51,152 nucleotides of DNA, taken from contig CAYTMD010000001.1 in the NCBI GenBank assembly GCA_964438685.1, positions 1 through 51,152 on the forward strand, written 5' to 3'. Shown one piece after another: positions 19,408 through 28,489 of the stretch; positions within the stretch are counted from its first letter, which is position 1; each line of letters begins with the position of its first letter. The DNA is from an uncultured Acidobacteriota bacterium (GTDB lineage: Bacteria > Acidobacteriota > Terriglobia > UBA7540). Both the position numbers and the translations under genes were made by a program. The notes beneath the pieces were generated by a model. It was not told the DNA's origin. It worked only from the letters and a program-made list of their open reading frames with translations, and made no database searches.

Positions 19408-19570
19408 GATTTTCGATTGCCGATTGTCGATTGAACCGCAGCATCATCTCCGTTTTAGATCTTAAGCAATGGCCTCTACCGGCGATTGATGGTTGGTAAT
19501 TGGCGACGTTCAATCGGCAATCGAAAATCGTCAATTGGCAATTGCATGTCGGCAATCGAAAATTGGCAAT
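19408..19570. repeat. heptamer inverted repeat (CGATTGC/CGATTGT ... CAATCGG/CAATCGA/AAATCGT x9)
   Basis: 18-bp perfect complement: ATTTTCGATTGCCGATTG (19409-19426) vs CAATCGGCAATCGAAAAT (19511-19528). The right arm runs into the prmC ATG. Confidence 0.85.
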
Positions 19571-20444
19571 GGCACAGCTCCGCGCCACACTTCGGCAAGG
19601 ACTCCAAACACTTCTCGCCCATCAGGTGCCCTCAGCGCACCTCGCCGCAGAATTGCTGCTGATGCACGTTCTGGGACGCGATCGCGCCTACCTTTACACT
19701 CATCCTGAAGAGGAACTGCCGCCGCCGGACCTTGAGCGGTATGCCCGACTTATCGCCGAACGGGCCACGGGCAAACCCTCGCAATACATCACCGGCCATC
19801 AGGAGTTTTGGGGGTTGGAGTTCGAAGTGACTCCCGATGTTCTGATCCCACGACCCGAGACGGAGCACATGGTGGAACGTGTGCTGGAACTGGCGCAACG
19901 GCAGGGTCAGGCAAAGGACGCACGCCTGCGGATTGTGGACGTGGGCACGGGCTCCGGATGCATTGCGCTGGCTCTGGCGTCGGAATTCCCCCGGGCGATT
20001 ATCTTCGGCGTGGATATTTCGCGCGCGGCGCTCGTGGTGGCCTCGCGCAACGCCGTGCATCTCAACATGCCGGAGCGCGTCAAGTTTCTGGAAAGCGATC
20101 TCCTGACGCGCCTGCTGGAGCCTGACTTTGCGGGAACGTTTGACTTCGTCCTTTCCAATCCTCCCTATGTGGGCAAACGGGAAGTTGACAAGGTTCAGCG
20201 CGAGGTGCGCGATTTTGAGCCGCGACTGGCCTGGGGCGGCGACCTTGTGCGCGGAGATGAAGTCTATGCGCGGCTGTTCCCACAAGCGCTGCTCGCGCTC
20301 AGGCCGGGCGGGTACGTTGTTGTCGAGATTGGCTACAATATGCGCGAGCAAGTCCTGGCGCTGCTGGGTGAGGGATGGGGTGAGATTCAAGTCACACCGG
20401 ATTTGGCCGGAATTCCCCGGGTAGTGAGTGCGAGGAAATTATGA
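19569..20444 (+). CDS. prmC: release-factor glutamine N5-methyltransferase
   Basis: Start reset to ATG 19569. VDVGTGSGCIALALA SAM site and NPPYV motif. Confidence 0.9.
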   Translation: MAQLRATLRQGLQTLLAHQVPSAHLAAELLLMHVLGRDRAYLYTHPEEELPPPDLERYARLIAERATGKPSQYITGHQEFWGLEFEVTPDVLIPRPETEHMVERVLELAQRQGQAKDARLRIVDVGTGSGCIALALASEFPRAIIFGVDISRAALVVASRNAVHLNMPERVKFLESDLLTRLLEPDFAGTFDFVLSNPPYVGKREVDKVQREVRDFEPRLAWGGDLVRGDEVYARLFPQALLALRPGGYVVVEIGYNMREQVLALLGEGWGEIQVTPDLAGIPRVVSARKL

Positions 20445-20537
20445 ATTCTGAATTGCGAAAGCACCCCCCCGTGGGCTTGGTCTCGCGCGAATGGGATTTC
20501 GCCTTATTCGGCATTCAGAATTCATAATTCAGAATTT
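20437..20537. repeat. heptamer inverted repeat (ATGAATT CTGAATT / CATTCAG AATTCAT AATTCAG)
   Basis: 16-bp perfect complement 20438-20453 / 20513-20528 around a GC-rich 59-nt centre. The left arm overlaps the prmC stop. Confidence 0.8.
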
Positions 20538-20578
20538 GTTTATTCCAGCACCCGGTCCCTTGTATCATCCAGGCAAGC

Positions 20579-21787
20579 ATGTTGCGTCAAATCCTCCACG
20601 TCGACATGGACGCCTTCTTCGTATCGGTGGAGGAGCTTGAGAATCCTTCTCTCAAGGGGAAAGCGGTCATTGTGGGAGCGGACCCCGACGGCCGCGGGGT
20701 CGTGGCGGCGGCGAGTTACGCGGCTCGCAAATTTGGTGTGCATTCAGCCATGCCGATTGGGATGGCGAAAAAGCTCTGCCCCCATGCAATTTTCCTGCGC
20801 GGCCAGCATAGCAAGTATGGCGAGTATTCGCGCCAGATTCACCGGATCTTTGAAGAGTTCAGTCCTATCGTGGAGATGGTTTCAATCGACGAGGCTTACC
20901 TTGATTTCACCGGGTGCGAGCGCCTGCACTGTTCGTCATATCGCGGCGCTGACCGGTTGATCCGCACCGTCAAGGAGCGCACGGACCTGAACTGCTCGAT
21001 CGGCCTCTCTTCTTCCCACCTCGTTTCAAAAATTGCTTCCGACCAGGCAAAACCGCACGGACTTCTTTACATCTTGCCGGGCTGCGAGTCGCGGTTTCTT
21101 GCGCCGCTGCCCATTCGGCGCATGCCCGGCATTGGAAAAGTAACCGAGCCGCAGTTGCGCTCACTGGGTATTGTGACCATCGGCGACCTGCAGCAGATGG
21201 GGCGGCAAAAGCTGCGGGAGCGCTTTGGGAAGTTCGGCGAGTGGCTGTACACCAAGTCGTGTGGGCTCGATATCGAAGCGTATCAGTACGAAGAAGAGCC
21301 CAAATCGATCAGCCATGAAACCACTTTTGACGCTGACATCAACGATATGGAAGAAGTGGAGCGAACGCTTTCCTATTTGGCTCAACTTGTGGGCCGGCGC
21401 CTGCGCGACCATCGCCTTTTCGCGCGCACCGTTGGGCTGAAGCTGCGCTTCGCCCCTTTCAAGACGCTGACCCGTGACGCGACACTCGATGAGCCCACCA
21501 ACCTTGATGCCGTTATATTCTCGAACGTTCTGCGATTGCTCGAAGACGCCTGGGACGGCAAGCAGAAAATTCGCCTGGTGGGAGTGCGCACGTCGAACCT
21601 GGACCGCACGGTGTTTCAGCGGAGTTTGATCGACGCGGCGCAGCATGACAAGCTCGACAAAGTACTCAAAGCCGCGGATAAGCTCCGCGAAAAGTTCGGA
21701 TTTGATGCCGTGCAGCTGGCGCGCTCAGTCGAAACTGGTAAGCAGGCGAAGCCCCGCAAACGACGCGAATTCCTGGGGCGGGAATAA
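20579..21787 (+). CDS. dinB: DNA polymerase IV
   Basis: ILHVDMDAFFVSVEE N-terminus; Y-family layout; 402 aa. Confidence 0.92.
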   Translation: MLRQILHVDMDAFFVSVEELENPSLKGKAVIVGADPDGRGVVAAASYAARKFGVHSAMPIGMAKKLCPHAIFLRGQHSKYGEYSRQIHRIFEEFSPIVEMVSIDEAYLDFTGCERLHCSSYRGADRLIRTVKERTDLNCSIGLSSSHLVSKIASDQAKPHGLLYILPGCESRFLAPLPIRRMPGIGKVTEPQLRSLGIVTIGDLQQMGRQKLRERFGKFGEWLYTKSCGLDIEAYQYEEEPKSISHETTFDADINDMEEVERTLSYLAQLVGRRLRDHRLFARTVGLKLRFAPFKTLTRDATLDEPTNLDAVIFSNVLRLLEDAWDGKQKIRLVGVRTSNLDRTVFQRSLIDAAQHDKLDKVLKAADKLREKFGFDAVQLARSVETGKQAKPRKRREFLGRE

Positions 21788-21805
21788 AAACGTCGCAACG
21801 AACTG

Positions 21806-21840
21806 TTGAGAAATCTAAAGTTGTATTTTAGATTACTCAA
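21806..21840. repeat. AT-rich 35-bp palindrome, copy 1
   Basis: TTGAGAAATCTAAAGTTGTATTTTAGATTACTCAA. 14-bp arms with one mismatch. Confidence 0.8.
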
Positions 21841-21918
21841 ATTGATGTAGCTGATTGCAGGTGGCTCATAAAGGGCCCGCGAGGACGGCGGGGGGGACCC
21901 GGAGGCCGAAGTTTGCTG

Positions 21919-21953
21919 TTGAGAAATTTAAAATTGTAGTTTAGATTTCTCAA
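21919..21953. repeat. AT-rich 35-bp palindrome, copy 2
   Basis: TTGAGAAATTTAAAATTGTAGTTTAGATTTCTCAA. 31 of 35 positions identical to copy 1. Ends on the base before the ATPase ATG (21954). Confidence 0.8.
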
Positions 21954-23135
21954 ATGCGATATATCCCCAGGCAGATGGAACCGCTGGTTTTGCGGGCGTC
22001 CCGCCATTTCCCCGCGGTCGTGCTGACCGGGCCGCGTCGGGCGGGGAAGACAACACTGTTACGCCACCTGTTCCCGCGTGCCCACTATGTCGTGCTGGAG
22101 GATCCTGATATCCAGGCCCGAGTGCGCAGCGATGTGCGCAGCTTCCTTGACGGACTACCCCGGCCCACGTTGTTCGACGAGATCCAAAACACCCCAGAGC
22201 TGCTGAATTACGTCCGCACCCGGATTGACGAGAAACCGTCGCAAAGGGGCCAGTGGTTCTTTACCGGATCGCAGGAAGCCCCCCTAATGCAGGGCATCAC
22301 AGAATCCATGGCAGGGCGCGCTGCCGTGCTGCAACTGCTGCCGTTTAGTGTGATGGAAACTCCCAAGGTAAGTCTGCTGACGGGCGGCTTCCCGGAAGTC
22401 CTGGCTCATTCCCAGGCGCGCAGTTTGTGGTTCAACTCCTATGTGCAAACTTATCTGGAGCGTGACGTTCGGACCATTACGAATGTGCGCGACTTGGTGA
22501 CCTTTCGCCGGTTTCTGTCGCTGCTGGCCAGCCGGCACGGGCAGATCCTGAACAAGACGGACCTCGCGGCGCCGCTGGGAGTTTCTGTGCCGACCATCGG
22601 TGCCTGGCTGCATGTGCTCGAAATGACGGGCCAGATCATCCTGGTGGCGCCCTATTTCGAGAACTTCGGCAAGCGGCTCATCAAATCACCCAAGGTCTAT
22701 TGGGAGGATTCGGGGCTTGCTTGCCATCTGCTGGGAATCACCTCTCAGTCGGAACTGGAGCGATCTCCATTCCTGGGAGCGATCTTTGAAGGCTTCGTGG
22801 CGGCGGAAATACTGAAGAGTCAAACGAATCTCGGCGGCCGCAAGGAGCTTTACTACTTTCGCGATCAACAGGGTTTGGAGGTCGATTTTCTTGTTCCCCG
22901 AGGCAATGGAGAAGTCTGGTTGGTGGAGGCGAAAGCGACCCAGACTCCGAGGCCGGCGATGGCAGGGCCGCTTTTATCGCTCGCTCACTCCTTGCCGAAA
23001 CGCGGAGGCCGCCAGATCCTCGTTCATCGTAAGTCGCGCTCGGCGGTTGTCACATCGGCTCTTGCACCTGGAGTGCAGGCTCTTGATGTCGAACAGTTTG
23101 TTGCCGCGCTTCGGGAAGGTGTGCGTCACCCCTGA
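21954..23135 (+). CDS. AAA+ ATPase (AAA_14 / DUF4143 type)
   Basis: Walker A GPRRAGKTTLL and Walker B LFDEIQ. The C-terminal half resembles DUF4143. Confidence 0.85.
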   Translation: MRYIPRQMEPLVLRASRHFPAVVLTGPRRAGKTTLLRHLFPRAHYVVLEDPDIQARVRSDVRSFLDGLPRPTLFDEIQNTPELLNYVRTRIDEKPSQRGQWFFTGSQEAPLMQGITESMAGRAAVLQLLPFSVMETPKVSLLTGGFPEVLAHSQARSLWFNSYVQTYLERDVRTITNVRDLVTFRRFLSLLASRHGQILNKTDLAAPLGVSVPTIGAWLHVLEMTGQIILVAPYFENFGKRLIKSPKVYWEDSGLACHLLGITSQSELERSPFLGAIFEGFVAAEILKSQTNLGGRKELYYFRDQQGLEVDFLVPRGNGEVWLVEAKATQTPRPAMAGPLLSLAHSLPKRGGRQILVHRKSRSAVVTSALAPGVQALDVEQFVAALREGVRHP

Positions 23136-23195
23136 AGCTTTTGGTGCGCCCGCGCCCAGTCGTTTTGCGGAAATCCTCGGGCAAGAAGGGAAACC

Positions 23196-23744
23196 ATGAA
23201 AACCGCTTACCTCGACATTGAAACTAGCTACGTCGGCACGTTCACGGACCAGCGGCTGTTCAAGGATTATAAGAACCATCGGATCACGGTGATCGGGATA
23301 AGAGTTGTGGACGGGGAGAAAGACTCGTTCATCCAATTACTCGGCAAGGACGCGACGCGGGCCAATTTGATGCTGGTGCTTGCAGGCGTGGAGCGGCTGG
23401 TGACCTACAACGGGCGTTCGATTCCCGACAAGGTGAAGGGTTATGTGGGATTTGACTTTCCCGTGATCGCGGCTCAACTGGGAGTGATGCTTGACCAGGA
23501 GTTTGCGCACGTGGATTTGTGCCCGGAATGCTGGAGGAAAGGCCTGTGGGGTGGATTGAAGACGGTGGAGCAAATCCTGGGGCTCAAGCGAAAACTCCCC
23601 GGAAAAGATGGCAAATGGGCCGACGAAATGTGGAAGAAATACGAAACCACCCATGATGAGGCTATCAAGAATGAAGTGCTCGCCTATAACCAGGAAGACG
23701 TCATGATGCTGCGGTGCGTTGAAGAGGCGCTACAGAATCGGTAG
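23196..23744 (+). CDS. RNase H-like-fold 3'-5' exonuclease domain protein (YprB / RNase_H_2 type)
   Basis: YLDIETS, YNGRSIPD...FDFPV, AHVDL and YNQEDV motifs (DEDD-like arrangement). Confidence 0.7.
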   Translation: MKTAYLDIETSYVGTFTDQRLFKDYKNHRITVIGIRVVDGEKDSFIQLLGKDATRANLMLVLAGVERLVTYNGRSIPDKVKGYVGFDFPVIAAQLGVMLDQEFAHVDLCPECWRKGLWGGLKTVEQILGLKRKLPGKDGKWADEMWKKYETTHDEAIKNEVLAYNQEDVMMLRCVEEALQNR

Positions 23745-23798
23745 GACCTCAATTCCCGCTTGCGCTCGAGCTGGCGGGCGGATGAAAATAATTTGACC

Positions 23799-24473
23799 AT
23801 GCCGCGTCCAATCGATCCCGCCACACTCCACTGCACCCGCCAACTGGAATCGCTAGCCTGGCGCGAGGGATGCCGGTTCGTTGCCGGTTGCGACGAAGCC
23901 GGGCGTGGGGCTCTGCTGGGGCCGCTTTATGCCGCAGCAGTCATTCTGGACCCCACCATTGTGATTCCTGGCATCAACGATTCCAAAAAGCTCACCCCCA
24001 AGCGGCGTGAAGTGCTGGCGAAAGAGATTCGCGCCAAGGCGCTGGCGTGGCAGGTGGTAGCCATTACCGCGGAGGAGGTGGACACGCTGAATGTTTACGA
24101 AGCCTCGCGGCAAGGCATGATGCGGGCTATCCGGGCGCTCAGCCCCGCACCCGATTTTATCCTGACGGATGCCATGCCGCTGCGCGAAGCCGGCGGAGAC
24201 TTCAGCATTCCCCACCGTGCCGTTATTCACGGCGACGCGCTTTCCGTGTCCATTGCCGCAGCATCGATCTTGGCCAAGGTGGCACGTGACGAACATCTAA
24301 GAAGACTGGACGGCGTGTTCCCGCAATACGGCCTTGCCCAGAATAAAGGTTACGGCACGCGCGATCACATGAACGCGCTCGCCAGATTCGGCCCCTGTGC
24401 GGAGCACCGCAAAACCTACCAACCGGTGAAGGACTGCCTGCTGCCGATGTTCCCCAAGATGCTGCCGGTTTAA
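23799..24473 (+). CDS. rnhB: ribonuclease HII
   Basis: Start reset to ATG 23799. GCDEAGRGALLGPL and DSKKL motifs. Confidence 0.9.
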   Translation: MPRPIDPATLHCTRQLESLAWREGCRFVAGCDEAGRGALLGPLYAAAVILDPTIVIPGINDSKKLTPKRREVLAKEIRAKALAWQVVAITAEEVDTLNVYEASRQGMMRAIRALSPAPDFILTDAMPLREAGGDFSIPHRAVIHGDALSVSIAAASILAKVARDEHLRRLDGVFPQYGLAQNKGYGTRDHMNALARFGPCAEHRKTYQPVKDCLLPMFPKMLPV

Positions 24474-24495
24474 GAGCCCCGTGCTTTTCCAACGC

Positions 24496-24526
24496 GCATA
24501 ATATTCGATGCAATCGAATATTACGC
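24496..24526. repeat. AT-rich hairpin / palindrome after rnhB
   Basis: TAATATTCGAT gca ATCGAATATTA: 11 contiguous pairs with a 3-nt loop and no T-run. Confidence 0.5.
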
Positions 24527-24920
24527 AATACCCATGCTTCGAGGGGTTGCCACGGTCAGTGCAGTCCTGGCCGTGGGTTCTTCCGGCGGTGGTCAAGTTA
24601 CAACAAGCTTGCCCTGGACAAGGCAACGGTAGCTGCCTGCCCCATGTCAGTTGATTGTGTGTGGTATCGTGCGTGAGAAAAGCCCACGGTCAGAAAATCA
24701 CTGACCCGCTCGACCTGTTCATTGCCAGACAATGAGAAAGGGCCGCGGAGGAATTCGGCTCGGAGCCAAATACCTCCGCGCTACCAGCCTCGTCCGCCGA
24801 TTGAACTAGGTCGCTCAAGCCCATCTGCCCACTGCGGAATTCCTGCTTTATTGACCGGCGGCCATGCATGTAAAATATCAAGCGGGCCCAATCCATTAAA
24901 TCAAAAGGAGAAACCGAGCC

Positions 24921-25877
24921 ATGCCACTGACTACGGACGATAAACTGTTGACCCTTAGCCATGACATTATCCGAGGATTTGACAAAGCCGATGGTGGTAT
25001 TCATCCCGGGTTCAGACCCGCTCACGCGAAAGGCATCCTGCTGACGGGCGTGTTCACGCCCTCAAAGGAAGCTGCTTCGCTGACGCGCGCACCGCATATC
25101 CAGCGGAATTCCACTCCGGTGACGGTGCGCTTCTCGGACTTCGCGGGAATTCCGACTGTTCCCGACAACGACCCTCAGGGTGCGAGCCCTCGCGGTTGCG
25201 CGATTCGCTTCCACCTTGCGGAGCATGTTCACACCGACATTGTCGCTCACTCTGTTGACGACTTCCCAGCGCGCACGGCGGAAGAATTCCTGGACTTCCT
25301 CAACGCGCTGATTTCGACCGATCCTGCGGGGCCGCACCCGAATGCCATTGAGCGGTTCCTGGGAGCGCATCCGGCGGCTTTGACATTTGTGCAAATTCCC
25401 AAGCCGATCCCGACCAGCTTTGCCAGGGAGTCGTTTTTCGCGGTGTCTGCATTCAAGTTTACCAACGCGGATGGCGTGAGCCGCTACGGGCGCTACCGGA
25501 TGCAGCCGGCAGCCGGCAATGAATATCTGGACGAGGCCGGAGCGGCCGCGCAGAGTCCAAACTTCCTCTTCGACGAGATTAAGGAGCGGGTCGCCAAGGA
25601 ACCGGTCAGGTTTCGTATCAAAGTGCAGTTGGCTGAGGACGGCGATACGCTTGATAATGCCACTGTCCGCTGGCCTGAGAATCGTCCTCAGCTCACGTTC
25701 GGCGAAATCAGTTTGAAGGAGATTGCGCCGAACAACGCCAGCGAGCAGCAGCACATCATCTTTGATCCCATTCCGCGAGTGGATGGCATCGAGACCTCGG
25801 CCGATCCTCTCTTTGAGCCGAGGGCGAATATCTATCTGATGACCGGGAGACGGCGCAGAGCAGCCGCGAAACAATAG
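24921..25877 (+). CDS. catalase-related haem protein (small catalase-family peroxidase)
   Basis: FRPAHAKGILLTGVFTP motif; about 318 aa, shorter than canonical catalases. GGAG 9 nt upstream of the ATG. Confidence 0.75.
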   Translation: MPLTTDDKLLTLSHDIIRGFDKADGGIHPGFRPAHAKGILLTGVFTPSKEAASLTRAPHIQRNSTPVTVRFSDFAGIPTVPDNDPQGASPRGCAIRFHLAEHVHTDIVAHSVDDFPARTAEEFLDFLNALISTDPAGPHPNAIERFLGAHPAALTFVQIPKPIPTSFARESFFAVSAFKFTNADGVSRYGRYRMQPAAGNEYLDEAGAAAQSPNFLFDEIKERVAKEPVRFRIKVQLAEDGDTLDNATVRWPENRPQLTFGEISLKEIAPNNASEQQHIIFDPIPRVDGIETSADPLFEPRANIYLMTGRRRRAAAKQ

Positions 25878-26176
25878 GCACTGGGCAATATCTCTGGACA
25901 ATCTGAACCGCGGATAACGTCGAGCAAGCAAGTAACGCGGACCTGCTGTACAAGATCCACGGCTTTTGATCTGGAATTATGTGATCAGGTTCAAATCCGC
26001 GTGAGCGCATCAAAGCCGTAGGTCGGTTGGCCCAATACGAGCTCAGCTCTGTTATTCACCTCTCGGGCCATGCCTGGCGATGTTCATTTTGCCGAATTGT
26101 GCACGCCATGGAGTTATTCCATGCGCCGCTTGCGGATTGTGCGCGATCGTGGCACGATGGGCTTCAGGAAGAATTC

Positions 26177-26524
26177 ATGAGCGCAGCAGACGCCAAATTG
26201 GTAAAAGCCGAAAACCGACCAGTCGTGGTCGGCACGGGACAGGAACTGGTTCTGGTCAAGCGTCCCTCGCGCGCCAGATTTGCCATCGCCTTCGGTGTGG
26301 CTGCGATCTCGGATTTCTTATCCATGTGGACGGAGTTCGTTCCGCCGGTCCAGTGGGCGATTGACCTGGGAACGGCAGGCCTGCTGTTCCTGATTCTAGG
26401 TCGAAGGTGGGCCCTGTTGCCCGGTCTGATCGTTGAAGCCATTCCGGGAATGGGAGTCTTTCCCGTGTGGGTTCTCGTCGTGATGTCGCTGATCGTTTAC
26501 GACGAGATCAAAGCGCACCGGTAA
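26177..26524 (+). CDS. hypothetical small membrane protein
   Basis: ATG at 26177 with AGGAAG upstream. Three hydrophobic segments. No recognised family. Confidence 0.45.
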   Translation: MSAADAKLVKAENRPVVVGTGQELVLVKRPSRARFAIAFGVAAISDFLSMWTEFVPPVQWAIDLGTAGLLFLILGRRWALLPGLIVEAIPGMGVFPVWVLVVMSLIVYDEIKAHR

Positions 26525-26678
26525 ACGTAGCGTGTGTGCTTTGTTGGTCTGCGGCTTTTCTCTGCTTATTGATATGAGTGTCACCGCCATTTTCCCGCCC
26601 TCCAACTTTGTAAATATAATGTAGGTGGATTTTATGAACACGTGAGGCTCTTCGTGTGCCAGGGTGCGGTTCCGTCGC

Positions 26679-27401
26679 TCACATTTTCACGGCGGCTCCA
26701 CAACACTTCTTGTACTTCTTACCGCTGCCGCAGGGGCAAAGAGCGTTGCGACGGACCTTCGAGCTTCCACCCAGACGAAATGAATCCGGGACCAGGCCAG
26801 GTGGTCTCTTCTCGCGGACGGTTTGCCAGTAGGCGTGTATACCCTGCACGGCCGTTGGCAGAAGGGCAATTAGATCCTCCCGAGCCTCATCCGAATTAGG
26901 TCCCTCGATGATCTCGTTCCCGGCGGCTTCCAGAGAGAAAGTAGCGATGGGTGCAAGCAATAGTGTGAATTCCTTGTTCGCAATGAGCGGCTCCCAGTCT
27001 TTCGATCGCAGGTGAACGCCCAGACTGAATCCGACGCACCACTCCTCGGCGGAAATCGTCGGCTCTTCCCCATGCTTATCTTCATACTCGTACAAGTACG
27101 GCAGGAACTGCTCCGGCGCCTCCATAAAGGTTAGAACGATCTCGTTATAGTAGCGGACGACCAGGTCTAGAATACGCTGAGCGTGTTCGAGCGAGTCAAA
27201 CGCCGGCTCACCTGCATCGCCCCAGACTCGGGGAAGCCATTCGCTGGGCAGCAGAGTGACCGGCCCGATGGCGATGGCGGTCAGATAGCCGTGGAGCATG
27301 CAGATATCCATTGAATCTTCGGGGACGAGGTCGGAATCAAGGAAGTCTGCCAGTTCGTCCTGTTCAGTTTCGGAAAGAGGTTGATTGAGAACCATGTCCA
27401 T
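26679..27401 (-). CDS. UPF0149/YecA-like protein with C-terminal SEC-C zinc motif
   Basis: CPCGSGKKYKKCCG at the C-terminus. The track start 27473 is TTG; the first ATG (27401) is preferred. Confidence 0.75.
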   Translation of the reverse strand: MDMVLNQPLSETEQDELADFLDSDLVPEDSMDICMLHGYLTAIAIGPVTLLPSEWLPRVWGDAGEPAFDSLEHAQRILDLVVRYYNEIVLTFMEAPEQFLPYLYEYEDKHGEEPTISAEEWCVGFSLGVHLRSKDWEPLIANKEFTLLLAPIATFSLEAAGNEIIEGPNSDEAREDLIALLPTAVQGIHAYWQTVREKRPPGLVPDSFRLGGSSKVRRNALCPCGSGKKYKKCCGAAVKM

Positions 27402-27501
27402 CAGTCTAACGCAATCCCGCAACGATTGATTTCGTTTTTGTGCCAACCTCAATATAATGTCTTCGGCTTGCAAAAACCGTCACCACAATGGAGAGAATAT
27501 A

Positions 27502-28191
27502 ATGGAACCACTGGAACCTGCAGTGCTCGATTGTTTGCGGAAATACAACACGCCAACCATCGCCAATGCCATTGAAGTTTTTGACGTGCGTCCTCGCAAT
27601 GAAGGGTTCATGCGCCCGGAGATTCGCTGCATATTCCCCAGTTTGGGAGTCATGGTGGGCTATGCCGTGACCCTGAAGATCCAATCCATTTCGCCTCCTG
27701 GTAAAGGTGCAGCCGTTCTACCTCCCACCCATTGGGAAGACGTTATGAAGGTCTCCGCGCCGCGGGTGATTGTGGTAGAAGATCTCGACGAACCCGCCGG
27801 CTTGGGCTCCCTTTGGGGAGAAGTCAACGCCAACATGCACAAGGCCATGGGATGCGTAGGCGCCATCACCAACGGTTCCGTGCGCGATCTTGACGAAGTT
27901 GAGCCCCTGGGTTTCCATTTCTTCGCCCAACACATCGCGGTTTCGCACTCTTACGTTCACATTGTGGAGGTTGGAACCCCGGTGCGCGTGGGGGGGCTCA
28001 CGGTGAGGCCCGGCGACCTGATGCACGCAGATCGCCATGGCGTAACGAATATTCCGCTCGATTTGGCCGCCAGGATTCCCGAGGGTGTGAAGACCGTGGA
28101 TATCATGGAGCGCCAGATCATTAACTATTCCCAATCGCCTGATTTTACCGTCGAGGGGCTTACCGCTCTTTGGACCCGCTTGCGGCCGTAG
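27502..28191 (+). CDS. RraA-family protein (RNase E inhibitor / HMG-aldolase-like)
   Basis: ATG at 27502 with GGAGAG upstream. GEVNANMHKAMGCVGAITNGSVRDLDE motif. Confidence 0.8.
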   Translation: MEPLEPAVLDCLRKYNTPTIANAIEVFDVRPRNEGFMRPEIRCIFPSLGVMVGYAVTLKIQSISPPGKGAAVLPPTHWEDVMKVSAPRVIVVEDLDEPAGLGSLWGEVNANMHKAMGCVGAITNGSVRDLDEVEPLGFHFFAQHIAVSHSYVHIVEVGTPVRVGGLTVRPGDLMHADRHGVTNIPLDLAARIPEGVKTVDIMERQIINYSQSPDFTVEGLTALWTRLRP

Positions 28192-28192
28192 C

Positions 28193-28267
28193 GCTGACCT
28201 TGGGGTCAGCATATGTCTTGTTGGGCCCAGCGGCGTTCGGCCTCTGAGTGCCGACCGCAAGGTCGGC
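28193..28267 (+). terminator. two tandem GC hairpins downstream of the RraA-like gene
   Basis: GCTGACC ttgg GGTCAGC (28193-28210) and GCCGACC gcaa GGTCGGC (28250-28267). T-runs are poor. Confidence 0.3.
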
Positions 28268-28489
28268 GCCACATGCGCTTCAATACTGCCAGCCGCACCA
28301 TTGGAAAAGGCACGCTCCAAAAACAAGGTTCCATCGCCGGTAGAGCGGAGTACAATAGCGACGCTCGTGCAGACTGGATGGCGTAAAAATGCGACTTCGG
28401 CTTCCGTAGCGATTGTTGGCTGTCCGGGTATTGGCGCGCTGTCTGGTTTCGGGGCGACTTTATTTACTTGTCTGAAGGGAGAAGAAACG

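Noticed and set aside
20445-20578. An SOS (LexA) box was expected upstream of dinB.
   Set aside because: No GTTC-N7-GTTC, GAAC-N7-GAAC or CTGT-N8-ACAG-type motif is visible. The spacer is occupied by the ATGAATT/CTGAATT heptamer hairpin.
21806-21953. Two 35-bp palindromic direct repeats might be a minimal CRISPR array.
   Set aside because: There are only two copies, the spacer is 78 bp, the repeats are not identical and there are no cas genes.
25961-26010. GGTTCAAATCC, a T-loop-like motif that could indicate a tRNA gene or an att remnant.
   Set aside because: The would-be T stem (TCAGG/CCGCG) does not pair. No acceptor, D or anticodon arms can be drawn, and the only long-range pairing (ACGCGGA/TCCGCGT) is in the wrong register.
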